A stretch of 64,000 bases of DNA, taken from positions 62,001-126,000 of the forward strand of contig JBHGNT010000049.1 in NCBI GenBank assembly GCA_043228905.1, read 5' to 3'. Below, one piece after another: positions 10,801-23,991 of the stretch (within the stretch, counting starts at the first letter, position 1; each line of letters starts with the position of its first letter). Below the pieces are notes generated by a model. It made no database searches. It saw only the letters and a program-made list of their open reading frames with translations, and was not told where the DNA came from. This DNA is from Azolla caroliniana. Its lineage: Eukaryota; Plantae; Polypodiophyta. The position numbers and the translations under genes are program-made.

Positions 10801-13599
10801 TTGTAAATTAGGAGTCATATGGACACAAGTACCTCCGCCAATAGATATATTACTATATTGTCATCATTTTGACTGTTGCCACTTGACCAACTCAAACTAT
10901 AATTCAAAGTATTAAATTACCAAGCACGGTTGACAAACATGCCACCATGAAGTAGCAATCCTTGTTTTCTGATGTTATATACCAACCTTGAATTCTTTAA
11001 CATGCCAATTCTTTGAGCAACCATATGATCTTCCAATTTTAGTAGGACTACTCTCCTTCAATGCAACGGGGGTACACACATGATTCCATGCAACCCAACT
11101 CATGGCTAAACTTGACTTTTTCTTCCAAAATCTTATTCTCTTTGCTTGACAAGTTAAATGTTTTAGTGATTTCTTCACTCATGGCAGTAATGTAAGAAAA
11201 TAAAAAAGGAGAGGAATCAATATTACATCATACATGTATCGCATTGAGTTGAATAGCAACCAGTTAGGCTTGAGACAAATTAGGTTATCTCTCATGCATG
11301 TTATCTCATTAAAAAGGCCCATTTAAATACCTTTGAGGAAGAAATAGTGTGATATCAATATCCTTGTGGCTGTAATATTTGTGATAATTGTTTCTGTAAG
11401 TATGAACCGTGTCTTTTTTAGAAAACTTTTTCTACATTTGATGTCTAATCTCATCACAATATCTCTTGGGAAACCTACTTAAGTACTTTCAAGAACTTTG
11501 CAAGGCTCTTTTTTTTCATCCATATCCATTCAAAAACAGTGTAACATGAGTCACATCTAACCATCACAAGTATATGCTACCACGAATTCAAGTTTAATTG
11601 CATCACAATGCCCTTTGGGTTAGGTACACCAGTAGTCTAAACCCTTCACTTTTTAGTTATGACAATTTGTTGTTGTGGTACATTGAGTCATCATAATTTG
11701 ATACAATTAACTCAACCCACCTTTCCTTTTAGATTTGATGCATTGTGTTGATACCTAAAATGTTGCACGATTCAGGTTTGATATTGCAATTGGCTTCTTG
11801 GGACAATTCAAAACGTGTTCAAAGGAATTTTGTTAAGTTTTTGTTGGATATTAACACCTTATTGGACACCAACCCATGGCACATATTCAATTCTTGTACT
11901 ACCTTGCATCATGTTTTATCACCGTATAATCATTTGCCTCATAAAATTATTCAACTATTGATTTCATAACCCCCCTTTACCTCACCACAACTAAAACATA
12001 GTAACACAAAAGTTCAAATAAGTTGCCTTCTCTTTGACATGCAGACACAACTCCACATGTTATGCTAGACTTTGATGAACAACAATATAATTTCTCTCAT
12101 TCACGCTCACACTTTATCTCTCCAATAGGAAATTTCCATTCTATTGTTTTGTCTTCTTACAATAGCCTCCTAACTCTAGCTAAGCCCACGTGATCTTGAT
12201 TTTTTATCACATATATCACGGCCATATAATGATTATTGTCATATGTTTGTCCATTTTGTCTTTTGATAATAATGTTCCTTTACCGCTAAATCATGTTTTC
12301 ATTACGTGTTGTGTGTATCACAAACACACATGACTATATGTATAATTTATATACATGTGTACATACATTAGGGGATCCAAACAAAACATTTGCATGTAGT
12401 GTACGAAATATGGGAGTGTGCATCGACAACATACATGCATTCATTCCATGTATGAAAAGGACCATGTTCCCATTTATACAAGCATGCAACCCCACTACAA
12501 CATAATTACACATAATTGTGTGCATAATTATGAAATGCACATAGGAAAAAACTTAAGCATGCAACATACACATGCTTCCACTAAGTTGAGTGCGCTTACA
12601 TATACTTCTGCACATGCACTTATCAAATACCTTTGTTTGAAGAAATCAAAATGTATATAAACCCTAGATTTACTTTTGAGATGGTCATTAACAATGGAGT
12701 TATATTCCCTCCATTATTCATAAGAAAATTGTCTTAATAACAATCATAGATCCCTTTATAGGAAACACAGATACCTTAGTTCACTTCACACCAACATCGG
12801 TTTGTTACCTATGATTTGAGGAAAATGAACCTAAAACCATGCATTACTTCACATGTTCACTTAGTACACTAAGCCCACACATGATTATGGCTTTAAACAT
12901 TGAGTTACAAAGTCCTTGAGATTATGTTTCATAACTTTGGAAGAATATATACAATATTCAGAGGACATCGAGGTCCCATCTCCATAGGATAAGATGATTT
13001 TATAGATAATTCACAAAGATGGCACTAGAATGTTTTTTGTGGTATTCTTCGAAAGATATAAATGCTAACCTTGTGAATCTAGTTTATGAAACCATAGAAT
13101 TCATGAGAATCAATCTAATAGATGCATACATATCATTCTTTACTTCCTTAATTGAATATTGGTGTGATTCCAACAATATGGTCCATTATGAAATCACCCC
13201 TAGTAACTCATTTGATGATAGAAGTTTGCATATTCATTCACACACACCACATTCACTCAAATATGTTCATCTTATTAAGCTCCAACATTATTTATCCTTT
13301 TCTTTTTTGTAATTAAGTTATCTTAATAGTAAGGTATTAGCTATCAATTTAAGTTCTTGACTTTGAGGCTTGATTACCATACCTCTTATTAGACTATATA
13401 TTTTTCTTAGTTTACTAGATGCCATTGTGGAATGTAGGGGTTGAATGACTTTCTTGTCTTCACTTCACAACATGACTAATAAAGCTACGATTGTTTTGTC
13501 CCGTGCTTCTCGTGGAACTTGACGCTTGGAACCAAGAACCTTATTCTGCATTTGAGAACATACGCAATAGAGGAGAAATTTGAAGTTCACTTCTTAATA

Positions 13600-14435
13600 A
13601 GTACCTCTTTGACACTTTGATGAAACCCATCCTCTATGGGGTTGAACACCCTCCAATTTGAAAGAGTTTAAAAATGTCCAAAAAGACTTTCTGTTGATGG
13701 AAGTCAAGAGACAAATATTGTATATGCCTCTACTTCTCGAGGCTGAATCACTTTCCATGGAGATCATAGGCATGGAAAGGGTTATTGAGTACATGACTAA
13801 GAATAAAAAGGATCCTTTAAATGGACTTCATAAAATCTCATGGGAAGCAAGTAAAAAGATTAAAAATACTGAATAGATGCAAAATATGAAGAAATGGTTT
13901 GGAGGATGGGATACATGACACTTGCTTCATATACATCAATATATTCCATTGTGAAGGAGGTTTTTCAACTAATACAACCATATCACAACTTGTTAAAGAT
14001 GTGGAGGCTATTGTTTTACATATTATATTATACATGTTACACCAAACTATGAAATCATTGTTTTCTTCGACATTCTAGTGTCCATCCCTTTATACAACAT
14101 CCACATGATTGCCTGAATACATCTTACTTGACATTCTCTTTGATGTGGGACGACACAATGGTCTACAAGAGACAGACACATGTTGACTATGCATATTTTC
14201 CACTTAACAAGTTCGTGAGCATGAGCATGACACTTCGATGCAATGTTTTGCTTTTGACCACATTTGAGTTGCATTGTCAATCCAATGTAATCCCTACAAA
14301 GATTCATTTTGTAGTCTCAATTGTAATATTCATTAGCAAAATATTTGCATATTGATAATCACTCTCAATTCCACACATACTACGAAAAAAGTTTCATTTT
14401 TGGTCTCATGGGCCAAATTTGGTCTTAGAAGGTGT

Positions 14436-14479
<44 letters not shown>
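13600..14479 (+). mobile_element. 5'-truncated degenerate LINE (same RTE-like family), ending in a (CT)n tail
   Basis: KEFKNVQKDF..LLLEAESLSMEIIGMERV..ISWEASKKI is homologous to about 6450-6700; IA*IHLT*HSL*CGTTQW resembles the C-terminal HxLxCETGRW motif; (CT)n at 14439-14479. Confidence 0.6.
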
Positions 14480-14481
<2 letters not shown>

Positions 14482-15225
14482 TCAAGTCAAAAGACAAATG
14501 TCATACATGCTCTCAACTCTCGTGACTTGATCACTTCACATTGAGATCATGGGCATGGAAAGGATTGCTAGATATGCACCTAAGATTAGAAAAAATCTAA
14601 CATCAACTTCCTAAAATTTCAGAATATGAAGCAAGTAAAGCGTCAAAACAAACGCAAGCTTAATATTAAGTTATGGATGGATGCAAGACATGTAGAAAAG
14701 GTATGGAAGATGGAAACATCAATATATTCCTTGGTGAATGAGGATTTTAATGTATCACAACTTGGGAAATATATGGAGGCTCACATTTCATGTATTATAT
14801 TACAAATGTTGCACCAAACTATAACTCTCACCCATACATGTTATATATTTAACTATCATCCACACCATTGCTTCCATATGAGTTGAACTCACATTATTTT
14901 TGATGTGATGGTAGTGCATTGGGGCATAAGCTTTCATATTTTGTCTTGAACAAGTTAGTAGGTATATTGAATGAGCATTACATTCAAATATAACGCTCCA
15001 CCTTCAATTACATTCAACTTTTCATTTTATCCATTAAATATGGTAGTCTCCTTCCACAAATTTTTTCACAATAATAATGTGCACTTTCAATTGCAATCTT
15101 CATTAGTAAAATTCTTGGACATTGAGTGCCACTAGTCAAAACTCATATATTAACTTCATAATGTTCAACTTTTAGTTCCACTAGTCATATTTGACCTCCA
15201 AATATCATCATAAAATCTCTCCCTG
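14480..15225 (+). mobile_element. Second 5'-truncated copy of the same LINE
   Basis: GAGATCATGGGCATGGAAAGG and TATCACAACTTG blocks shared with the 6.5-kb and 13.8-kb copies; 3' motif TTGACCTCC...ATAAAATCTCTC. Confidence 0.55.
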
Positions 15226-15559
15226 ACTCAATTTAATGCAATGTATATATTAATGACATGGCATTGTTCCTACAACAACTATGGGGATATATAATAAGAA
15301 AATGTCTCTAATTTATTGTAATACTAGTTGGCATAAGGGCATCATTGGTAAGCATCGAAGCTTGAGTTGAGACTCTTGAAGCAAAATAGTAGTATTGAGA
15401 TAAGGTGTCACATGCAAATTTGAGATGAGCCAATATGTCCAAATTGATTTCTATTTTTCAATGGGCAAGTTACATGGCATACATTGTGCTAAATGCCATC
15501 ATTTGGGCTCTCTCTCATCATTAATGTCTAAATTCTATTCTTGATTACATTATTGTAGT

Positions 15560-16900
15560 GTAGTGGTATGTATTCCTGCCTATGACTTGGGTTCGATTTT
15601 CTTCGACAACATATTTTTCCTTGTTTTTTTGCAACCAATGTATCATGACACGGGAAAAATGTGGAGGCTCACGATTAAGACATTATGGTACATATGTTGC
15701 ACCTAACTATAAAATCCATATACCTCAACAAATGGGAAACTGCACACATCAATATATGTTAGAGCTTGTCCCATTGTTTATCATTTGAACCATTGGTTCC
15801 ATGCAACTTGGCTTACATGCATTGCGATGTGAGATGGGGCATTGGGGCACATGTGATGAGAGTAATTGACTATGCATTAGGGCATTGGGATGTAGTGTTT
15901 GGAAAGCTTGAGGAGCACATCAAAGGGCTGCCCGTTTAGCTCAAAGCTTCTAAAGCATTGGAAGGAAGTATTGCACCACATAAAATGGAGAGGCAGGAAT
16001 TCATAATCAGGGAACTCTTTATGCCTCAAAAGCTTACATTGGGGTGCTATATTCCCACGGTCACTAGCTGAACAAGAGCTTGGGATAGCTTATTTTTTAG
16101 TAAAGAAGGGGCTAAAATCAATTGTAGATGTGGTAAATGACCAAGGTCACCTATTAGGCTTCAATGACATGACATGTTGTAGTAGTCTGTGACCACATCA
16201 TTGTGTTATTTGGAATCAAGTCACAGAGTTGGTACTTTCCTTAGTACCTATGCCACCTCTAGATGGAGATCGCAAGATTCAAGACTGGATGTTACATGTC
16301 GTTATAGTCTTGGGCCACATCATCGTGTTATCTGGAATCAAGTCACAAAGTTCGTACTTTCCTTAGTACCTATGCCACCTCTAGATGGAGATCGTAGGAT
16401 TCAGGACTGGACATTACAAAAAGGCAACATTGTTATTCCAATGAATAAGGTTACAACACATTCAATGTATATGTTGTTGCAACGAACCCCGTGGTTTCAC
16501 AAACATGCACTTGCATTATGGCACCTACACAAGTCACAATCCTCGTGGAAAAACGGGCTTGCAAGATTATGGAGCATGATCTTCCACTTAAGCATCGGGT
16601 ATTCCTATGGAGATGCCTATTGGGTGTGCTCCTGACAGGGTTGATTCTTCAAAAACGATAGATAGCCTTGCCATATACTGCAAGATGTGGTGGACAATTG
16701 GAAACAATCCCACACTTATTATGGACTTGCTCATTCACTACAACATTTGTACAAAGACTAAGTGCATCTCTTTCTCACAGATTTTCTGGCCAAAGCTTTG
16801 GGAAACACTTTTGGCTATTTGGACAAATTCCGTGCACCCTATCCAACAATGTCTCTTTTCTCCAATGAACAAGATTTTGGGCACTCTGGACCATTTGGAC
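15560..16900 (+). pseudogene. Highly degenerate Ty3/gypsy pol (RT-RH-IN) relic
   Basis: Fragments resembling YLDDILIFS, GAVLAQ, ERELLA, DLP and FWQSF in gypsy order. Confidence 0.45.
16171..16411. repeat. About 121-bp tandem duplication
   Basis: GGAATCAAGTCACA..GTACTTTCCTTAGTACCTATGCCACCTCTAGATGGAGATCG occurs twice. Confidence 0.9.
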
Positions 16901-17129
16901 GGCCCGCAATAATAAGGTCTTTGATTGCAACCAACTACACGAAGTTAGCTTCTTTAAGAAATCCCTCAGGCAATCTCTATTTGATTGTTTGCAACTTACA
17001 GACATCACACTACAAATTTACACTCTCTACTTTGAGTGCTTCTAAGCTCTCTAGTGTCTAATCAACACTTGTATATTTCTCTTTATTCTTTGTGGGTTTT
17101 CACCTCACTTTGAGGTTTCCCACTAGTAA

Positions 17130-17423
17130 TAAAAGTGTTACTAAAAAAAGTCGACTATGCAACTTGTTTAAAAAAAGTTCGGGTGTATTAGTATCACACT
17201 TCGATACAATGTTCTGCCTTTGATCACATTTGATTATGCTTTCCACACATCTTCGACCAAACCCAATCCTTGCACAAATTTCTCTTAATAGTGTCACTCT
17301 CTATTGAAACGTTCATTGGTAAAGTTCTTGAACATCTAGAGTCGCTACTCACTTTTAAATATATGATGTGAAATGTAATATTTTTGGTCTCATAGGTTAT
17401 ACTTGACCTCCGAAGACGATAAT

Positions 17424-17460
<37 letters not shown>
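17130..17460 (+). mobile_element. 3' end of the same LINE family with (CT)n tail
   Basis: Homologous to 14170-14440; ends TTGACCTCCGAAGACGATAATAAAAT(CT)n. Confidence 0.55.
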
Positions 17461-17465
<5 letters not shown>

Positions 17466-20400
17466 GTATTCATTAAACACCATTGTGCAAATGACAATGC
17501 ACATTTTATTACTCGCAAGTCAAATCTCCTATCAGACTAAGCCTCTCATAAATATTGTATATGTTAACCATTAAGGTTTATCATATAGAAAGCAAACAAT
17601 GGGGAGATGTATCTTAAAGGAGATATATTATATCTTTTATATGAAGTCATAATCTCATGACAGTAGATGACATGCATGAAAGGGACGAAATCATGTCTAG
17701 TGAAGCTTGTTGATATTTAAAGTTATATGTCAAAAATACTTTTAACCATGGCAGGAAGGATATGCTCATGTCATGGGACCTAGGTAAATTATTTAAAATT
17801 GTCTCCCAAATTTGGAAGTGTTATATCGATACATTCTATAAAACAATACATGTACAACCACGACACATGCACATGCAGAAGCATATGCATGTGATATGTT
17901 ATACATTCACTCATTCAAGTCTCTTTCGCATACAAACACATGAACACAATGGTCCCTATAACCGTAAGTTTCTATCTACCAAAATATTGGATTTATTAAA
18001 CTTTGTCAGAAAAATGTTATCATCTTTCATAAATCTTCCATCGCCTTACATATTGCAACCATCATATACTTTGATGTGTGAAACCAATCTTACACTTTGA
18101 TGCATTACCAAGCACATTGCATTATTTTCTTTTATGTTAAGGATATGAACTTGGAAATATATAATAACTATCTTATGCAATGCCAAAGGTGACTTTAATT
18201 ATCAAGAAAAGTTCTATGACATATTGGCTAAAATGTAGCATTATGTTAAAAGGATGAGCCATGGATATGTTTGCCAAATACCAACCACTCAACATTATGT
18301 TTGTTAAGTTTAATAAAGACACGATGAACTTGGTAAGTAGAAGGGCGACTTCCATATGATTATGAGAAGAGCTTAGTTAACAATAAATTCCTTCACAATA
18401 ACTCGACTTTTTAAAACTTTGAGATGGAAAAACACTTTTTAATGGATATTTTTGAGCTTAATGATATTTGAAGATTCAAGTGATGAAACCTTTTTTTTAT
18501 CAAACCCACAGAAAGAAAGATGGTTTGTAGTGGTTGTCATGGTGTTAATCAAGTCCTTAGGAAGAAGAAAGGTTCAATCCCATTTAAAATTGGGCACTTC
18601 TAAACAATGGAATATCTTGAAGTACAAAAAAGAAATCTTGCTACAAATCCACATTGTTGGATTCATGGTCAACTCATATGCCTTTAAGCAACAATTTTAT
18701 TCTTAAGAAATGTCATTTAGCCAAAATCAAAATATTACTAATAGTGTTTTGTATTCAAGTCGGGTAACATACAACCATATAGAACAAAATTTAATCTACA
18801 GAACTTATGCGCAAAGATAAGTTGATATATTAGCTAGAAGTTGATATCAACACATCTTTGAGCATATGTAGTTATATTATTTGAAATTTTAATATAGAAA
18901 TTGTATTGGGCCACATCATAATCTCTATCTCAAATGCAAGTACATTACATGTGGTGATGAAATGTTCCGTTACAAGAAAGACACAAGAATAATATATCGA
19001 AAATACGCTATACAATGAACTAGTACAATATGATTACAAAATGGAACGAAATGACCAAAGGAAATGGAAAGGCCCACAATACATAGATACAATTAGAAAG
19101 TGTTTCCAACTATTAGGGAAACCAATTCATCAACTAAATCTCAAAATAAGGAAAAACAACAAAGTTTTTTGACTCATTAATGTAATGGTTCAATAAACTT
19201 GGCTTATTATTAATGGCTCACTAAGATTAGGCAAGTAAAAAACAACCTAGTTTCAACAACTATTTGCGATGTTTTTGTTCATTAGTAACTCTAGAGTGTG
19301 ACCTCCATCATTTAGAAGTTGCACCAAAAGAAAACAAGGGATTTGAACTTTCATAAAAGAGAAGACAAAGTTTATACAAAAGAAAGTTTTGTTCATCGTT
19401 CTTCTACAAAATAAGAGACTCCAACGCATGAATACAATCGAATCATATGATCCAATGGAGAATCTTGAAGCTAAGTTATTGATCATTTACAAATAAGTTG
19501 TGTCATGTGAATGGATAAGTAATGCAAGGTTGGGTCCATCCAACAAGTTGGATACCCACATAAGGACTAAAATGAAGCTTGAGACATTGGAACCTATAAC
19601 ATGCACCTCAGTTGGAACACAAGACTTCACCATTCATCAGCTATAATACATAGCAACAATCACCGAGGAAAGATGAAAACCTCCAATGAATGCACACATC
19701 CAATAGAAAAGTTCATTAAATGGAAAAACAACAAACAAATTCCCTATCAATGAAAACTTGTAATAAACGCCTCCAGAGAGTTAGTTTAAAGCATGATAGA
19801 GAGTAAAATCATCTTGACATGAATGCAATGTAGATTCCAAACAAGGGATGATGCAATATGTAGCCATGAGCATTTCATGTGGTTTTCAATAAACTCTTGT
19901 AAGGACTGCATACTCTTTTAGCAAGCAAAAATATAGTCTTTAAGCAATTTCCTATAATGATTTCACGTTCTTTAACCAAACACTCTTTAAGCAAACACCT
20001 AAAAACAATCTATGTATGATCTATGGGTGTTTAGGGTACATGAGCTTCCAATAGGAATCTTTCAAAAAAAAATTAAATGTTTTTATTGCTGACTATCCAT
20101 GGGGCATTTTGTACATGTTATTCATTCTTTTGTGAGTTTCCCCTTCAACTTGAATTTCAGCTAGTGATTCCTATATAAAAGGTAAAAAGACGAAGGCTCT
20201 TTTAGAGAGTTCATTTTATCACTTGAGCGATCACTCTATGATTGTCGAAGGTTACATGACCCTTGACTAGGTAACGTCAAAATATTCTTGTAAGTGCTTT
20301 TAGCGCCGACTATCAATGGGGTACCCATGGGGTATATTGTACACATGAAGATTCTTTCGTCAGTTTTCATCAAATATCTAATGTTTTTAAGTGGTAATAT

Positions 20401-21870
20401 AAAGTTATAATTGAAATGGTGAGAAGAAAGCGCCCAATAGGACAAGTAGATTTCTGCCCCCCTCCCCACACTTAAGATTCTTCTATATATGGTTTTAACC
20501 CTCATCTTGAGGTTTCCAACTAGGAACCTAATTTACAATTAGAATAGGAAAAAGAAAAACCCTCGACAAAGGGTGGACAATAATGTGATAGGGACTAGGT
20601 AGTATGTAATAGGAAGGCATAAGAGTGGGCCATTCCTTGGATGATGCAGAAGAAATGAGTAGATGTTTGCTGAGGAGGGGGGGGGGGGGGGGGGGTGCAA
20701 AAGCTACTCTGTAATAATGTGAGAAATGGGACCCACAACAACCATGGGTAGCTACAAAAAGGAGGGGGAGCCATTAAGGTTTGCATGTAACCACAAGAGC
20801 TTCTCTCCTTCATGCCTACTCAAGAATCCATGTCAGGTTTCCTATGTGTTTTGTGTTGTCTTTCTCATTGATCTCCGGTTTCTTATGGTGCTCTCTTTAT
20901 TGTCTACCGAACTTAATCGATAGATCTCTCTATATGAGTTTTCTTTCTTTGTTCTATCAAATCTACCTAAGGTTCCTTAATGCGTTTTCTTCCTTGTCTT
21001 TGAAAACTGTCTCAGGTTTCTTTTTTGTATCCCCTTTCTTGCCTATCAAATCTCTCTATGCACAATAATAAAGGCTTCTTTGTGCATTTTGTTATCAACT
21101 CTATTCATGCCCTACAAAGTGTTTTTCTTCTTCTTCGCCCTTTGTTTTTGTGTGTGTGTTTGGTCTTCTCAAACAACTGAATGCTCCTCATGCATGTATA
21201 CACACAAGGTGAAGATCCATCTTCATACCTTATTTAAATTGAAAACATCAGTGTAAGTTTCCTTCTTACAAAGAAACCCCTCTTTCTTATCACACTGAAT
21301 ATATTCAATTTCTACTAATACCTTTGGGACTTTTATCTTCTTTTCCTTGTTTAATCTTTGCTGATATACTGTTGTTTATATTCTTCTCTAAATTTCAAGT
21401 CCATACGATTTTTGTTGATATCTTTGTTTTTTTACGCCTTGTTAGTGTCCAATACATAGCTTTCGAGTTAATCTCCTCTCAGTATAAATTAAATCAATCC
21501 ATATCATTTTTGCTGAGACGACTGGGTTTCTCTTTTCTGTGTTCAATCCATACTATCTATCCTGATGCCATTGGAATTTGATCTCATTTCGGCAAGAATT
21601 TCAATTCATGCAATTCTTTCTGAGAGTCTGTCTTTCCTTTTAAGTTCCCATATATTTTCTCAGCATATCTGCAAAAGATTATGCTAAGACTAGTTTTTCT
21701 TCTGTATATCTGTTCAAAATCGACTTTCCATTTTTTTTCATCATCTCTGTGAAAGACCAAGGTGCCAGTTTCTCTCAGAATATCTGTAGAAGATCAAGAC
21801 TCCAATCTTTTCTGATTCTTTCTGCAGCACAATTGTGAAAGATGAAGATTTCATCTATCATTTCTCACAT

Positions 21871-22494
21871 ATGTGCGTAAAAGATCAAGGAATTTCATCT
21901 GAATACGTCATGTATCGACACAGAAATCATCGAATTGCTCACATATCCCCAGATCTTTCCCCCAAAATGAACCATAGCTCTACAGCCTATTCGTCCTCCA
22001 ACTCCTCTAGCTTTCGTTCATCGTTTTCTTCCTCCTCTTCTTCCCCATCCGTCTGCACAAACAAATCTTCAAAGTTTACAGTTCATCTGAAGAAAAATAC
22101 ACAGATAAACCTCTGTACCTCAGAGAAACCTTCAGTTCCACAAAAGAAGAAAATTATACAAAATACGATTCATTCCTCAGAGAAACCTTCACGTCCTCAG
22201 AAGAAAATGAGACAGAGAAAGCTCCCATCTTCACCATTATTCCTGTATCTTCAATCTTCAACACACCTCCAACGCTTTATCAAGAAGCTCAGAGATCTGG
22301 CTGCCATGGCAAGAAGAAGAAGCTCACTTTGTTCTCAGAAGCTGGTTCAGACTGAACGCCATGGTCATACTCCTTCGAGCTTTGGTCTGGGATTGTCTGC
22401 ATACTGTACTACGAACACATGCACGCCTGAGGCTATAGCGGAGTGTATTGAGTTCATCAAGAAGTCCGCTTCTTCTTCGTCTTCTTCCTCTTAG
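21871..22494 (+). CDS. Uncharacterised Ser/Lys-rich plant protein with C-terminal EAIAECIEFIKKS motif (a family often annotated josephin-like, without a Josephin catalytic domain)
   Basis: Open frame 21835-22494; first ATG 21871, alternatives 21910 and 21967. The C-terminal EAIxxCIEFI..SS motif and the upstream FIKKLR helix match my recollection of this family. Confidence 0.65.
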   Translation: MCVKDQGISSEYVMYRHRNHRIAHISPDLSPKMNHSSTAYSSSNSSSFRSSFSSSSSSPSVCTNKSSKFTVHLKKNTQINLCTSEKPSVPQKKKIIQNTIHSSEKPSRPQKKMRQRKLPSSPLFLYLQSSTHLQRFIKKLRDLAAMARRRSSLCSQKLVQTERHGHTPSSFGLGLSAYCTTNTCTPEAIAECIEFIKKSASSSSSSS

Positions 22495-23285
22495 AGTTTA
22501 TCGAGTTCATCAAGAAGTCTTCTTCTTGTTCTTCTCCTTCTTCCCTTTGCTGAAACAAAACGAAGAACAAAACCTTTGCTGTAGCCAGAGAAGATCGAGT
22601 TCATCGAGAAGAAGCCTGCTTTTCTTCTACCCGAAACGAAGAGAGAGTCTCCATAGCTAGACTGCATAGAATTCATGGAAAAGAAGTCTGACTTTTCTTT
22701 CTCTGAAACAAGGAAACCGCCACATCCCGTTCATCAAGAAGAAGTTCCGAGAAAGCAAGACTGGCCGTAGTCGAACCATATCAAGTTCGAGATCAAGAGG
22801 AAGTCTGCTTCTTCTCCTTTCTGAAACGAAAAAGGCCTTGCAATAGCCAATAATATCGAGTTTATCATCCGGAAGAAGACTACTTTTTTCTTCTTCTCTG
22901 AAACGAAGAGATCTTCTGCATAGCCTATTCTAAAGAGTTCATGAGCTGCAAGAAGCAATCGTCACCTTCTGAAACGAAGAAAGCTTCGCTATGGCCAACA
23001 ATGTTGAGTTGATCGTCAACAAGAAGTCAGTTTCTTTTCTAAAACGAAAACGAAGAAAGAAAGTTATGCAATGGCCAAAGGCTTCCAAGCTTGCTACGAC
23101 AAAAAGAAGGGACTGTTCTTCTTCCTGGAAGTCAGAAAGCTTCTGCCATAGACGAATGCAATGTCGACTTCATCATCAATAAGAAGTCGTATTCTTCTGA
23201 TCTAATACCAAACTAAGGAAAGACTCTTCCACGTACCAGAAACTATATCTCAAGCTCATCAACGGAAAGAAGCAATCAGCACCTT
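22495..23285 (+). repeat. About 11 diverged 70-80-bp tandem copies of the gene's terminal motif
   Basis: Recurring GCxATAGCC...ATCGAGTTCATC..AAGAAGTC..TTCTTCT.CTGAAACGAAG. Confidence 0.8.
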
Positions 23286-23289
23286 CATC

Positions 23290-23364
23290 TTGTCCTCAAG
23301 ATTAATCATCATCATCACCTTCTTCTTCATCTTTGTCTTCTTTATCATTGTCTTCATCGCTTTC

Positions 23365-23396
<32 letters not shown>

Positions 23397-23735
23397 GTTC
23401 TTGATAACATCTGCTTCATCATCATCTTCTTCACCATCTGCTTCTTCTTTAACATTTTCGCCATCGTTTTCTCATTATCACCTACTTCATCTTCATCATT
23501 ATCGGCACCATCTGCTTCCTTCTTTATCTTCATCATTATCGTCACCATCTGCTTCCTTCTTCTTTACCATCATCGCCACCATCTGCTTCCTTCTTCTTCA
23601 CCATCGCCGTTACCATCTACTTCTTCTTCATCATCGTGACCATCTACTTCGTCTTTATCATCATCGGTACCATCTATTTCTTCTTCTTCTTCTTCTTCAT
23701 CATCATCCTCGCGTTCGCTTTCTGCTCCTGTTCTG
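23290..23735. repeat. Low-complexity (TCA/TCT)n region
   Basis: Direct reading. Confidence 0.9.
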
Positions 23736-23848
23736 AAAGAGAAACGAAGTAAGCAGCAGATCTTCCTCTCTGCCATAGCCAAAATGTCTGCGTGTGACAA
23801 ATCGTAAAACAATTTGAAGTGCTCTTCGTCTTCCGTTTGTCCGCCGGT

Positions 23849-23991
23849 TTCACACCTGTCCGGACATCTCCGCCTCGTCGCCTTCACACTTGTCCGGACA
23901 TCTCCACCTCGTCGCTTTCACACCTGTCCGGACATCTGCGCCTCGTCGCGTTCACACCTGTCCGGACATCTCCATGTTCACACTTGTCCGG
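23849..23991. repeat. 34-bp GC-rich minisatellite (about 4.5 units) with palindrome TGTCCGGACA
   Basis: TTCACACCTGTCCGGACATCTCCGCCTCGTCGCC repeated. Confidence 0.9.

Noticed and set aside
8200-12700. Faint gypsy-like fragments (for example KRNGEFYCCFDYTRIN near 9430)
   Set aside because: Too degenerate to delimit or classify by eye.
23290-23887. His/Ser-rich and Asp/Glu-rich ORFs on both strands
   Set aside because: Translations of a TCA/TCT low-complexity tract with no independent coding evidence.
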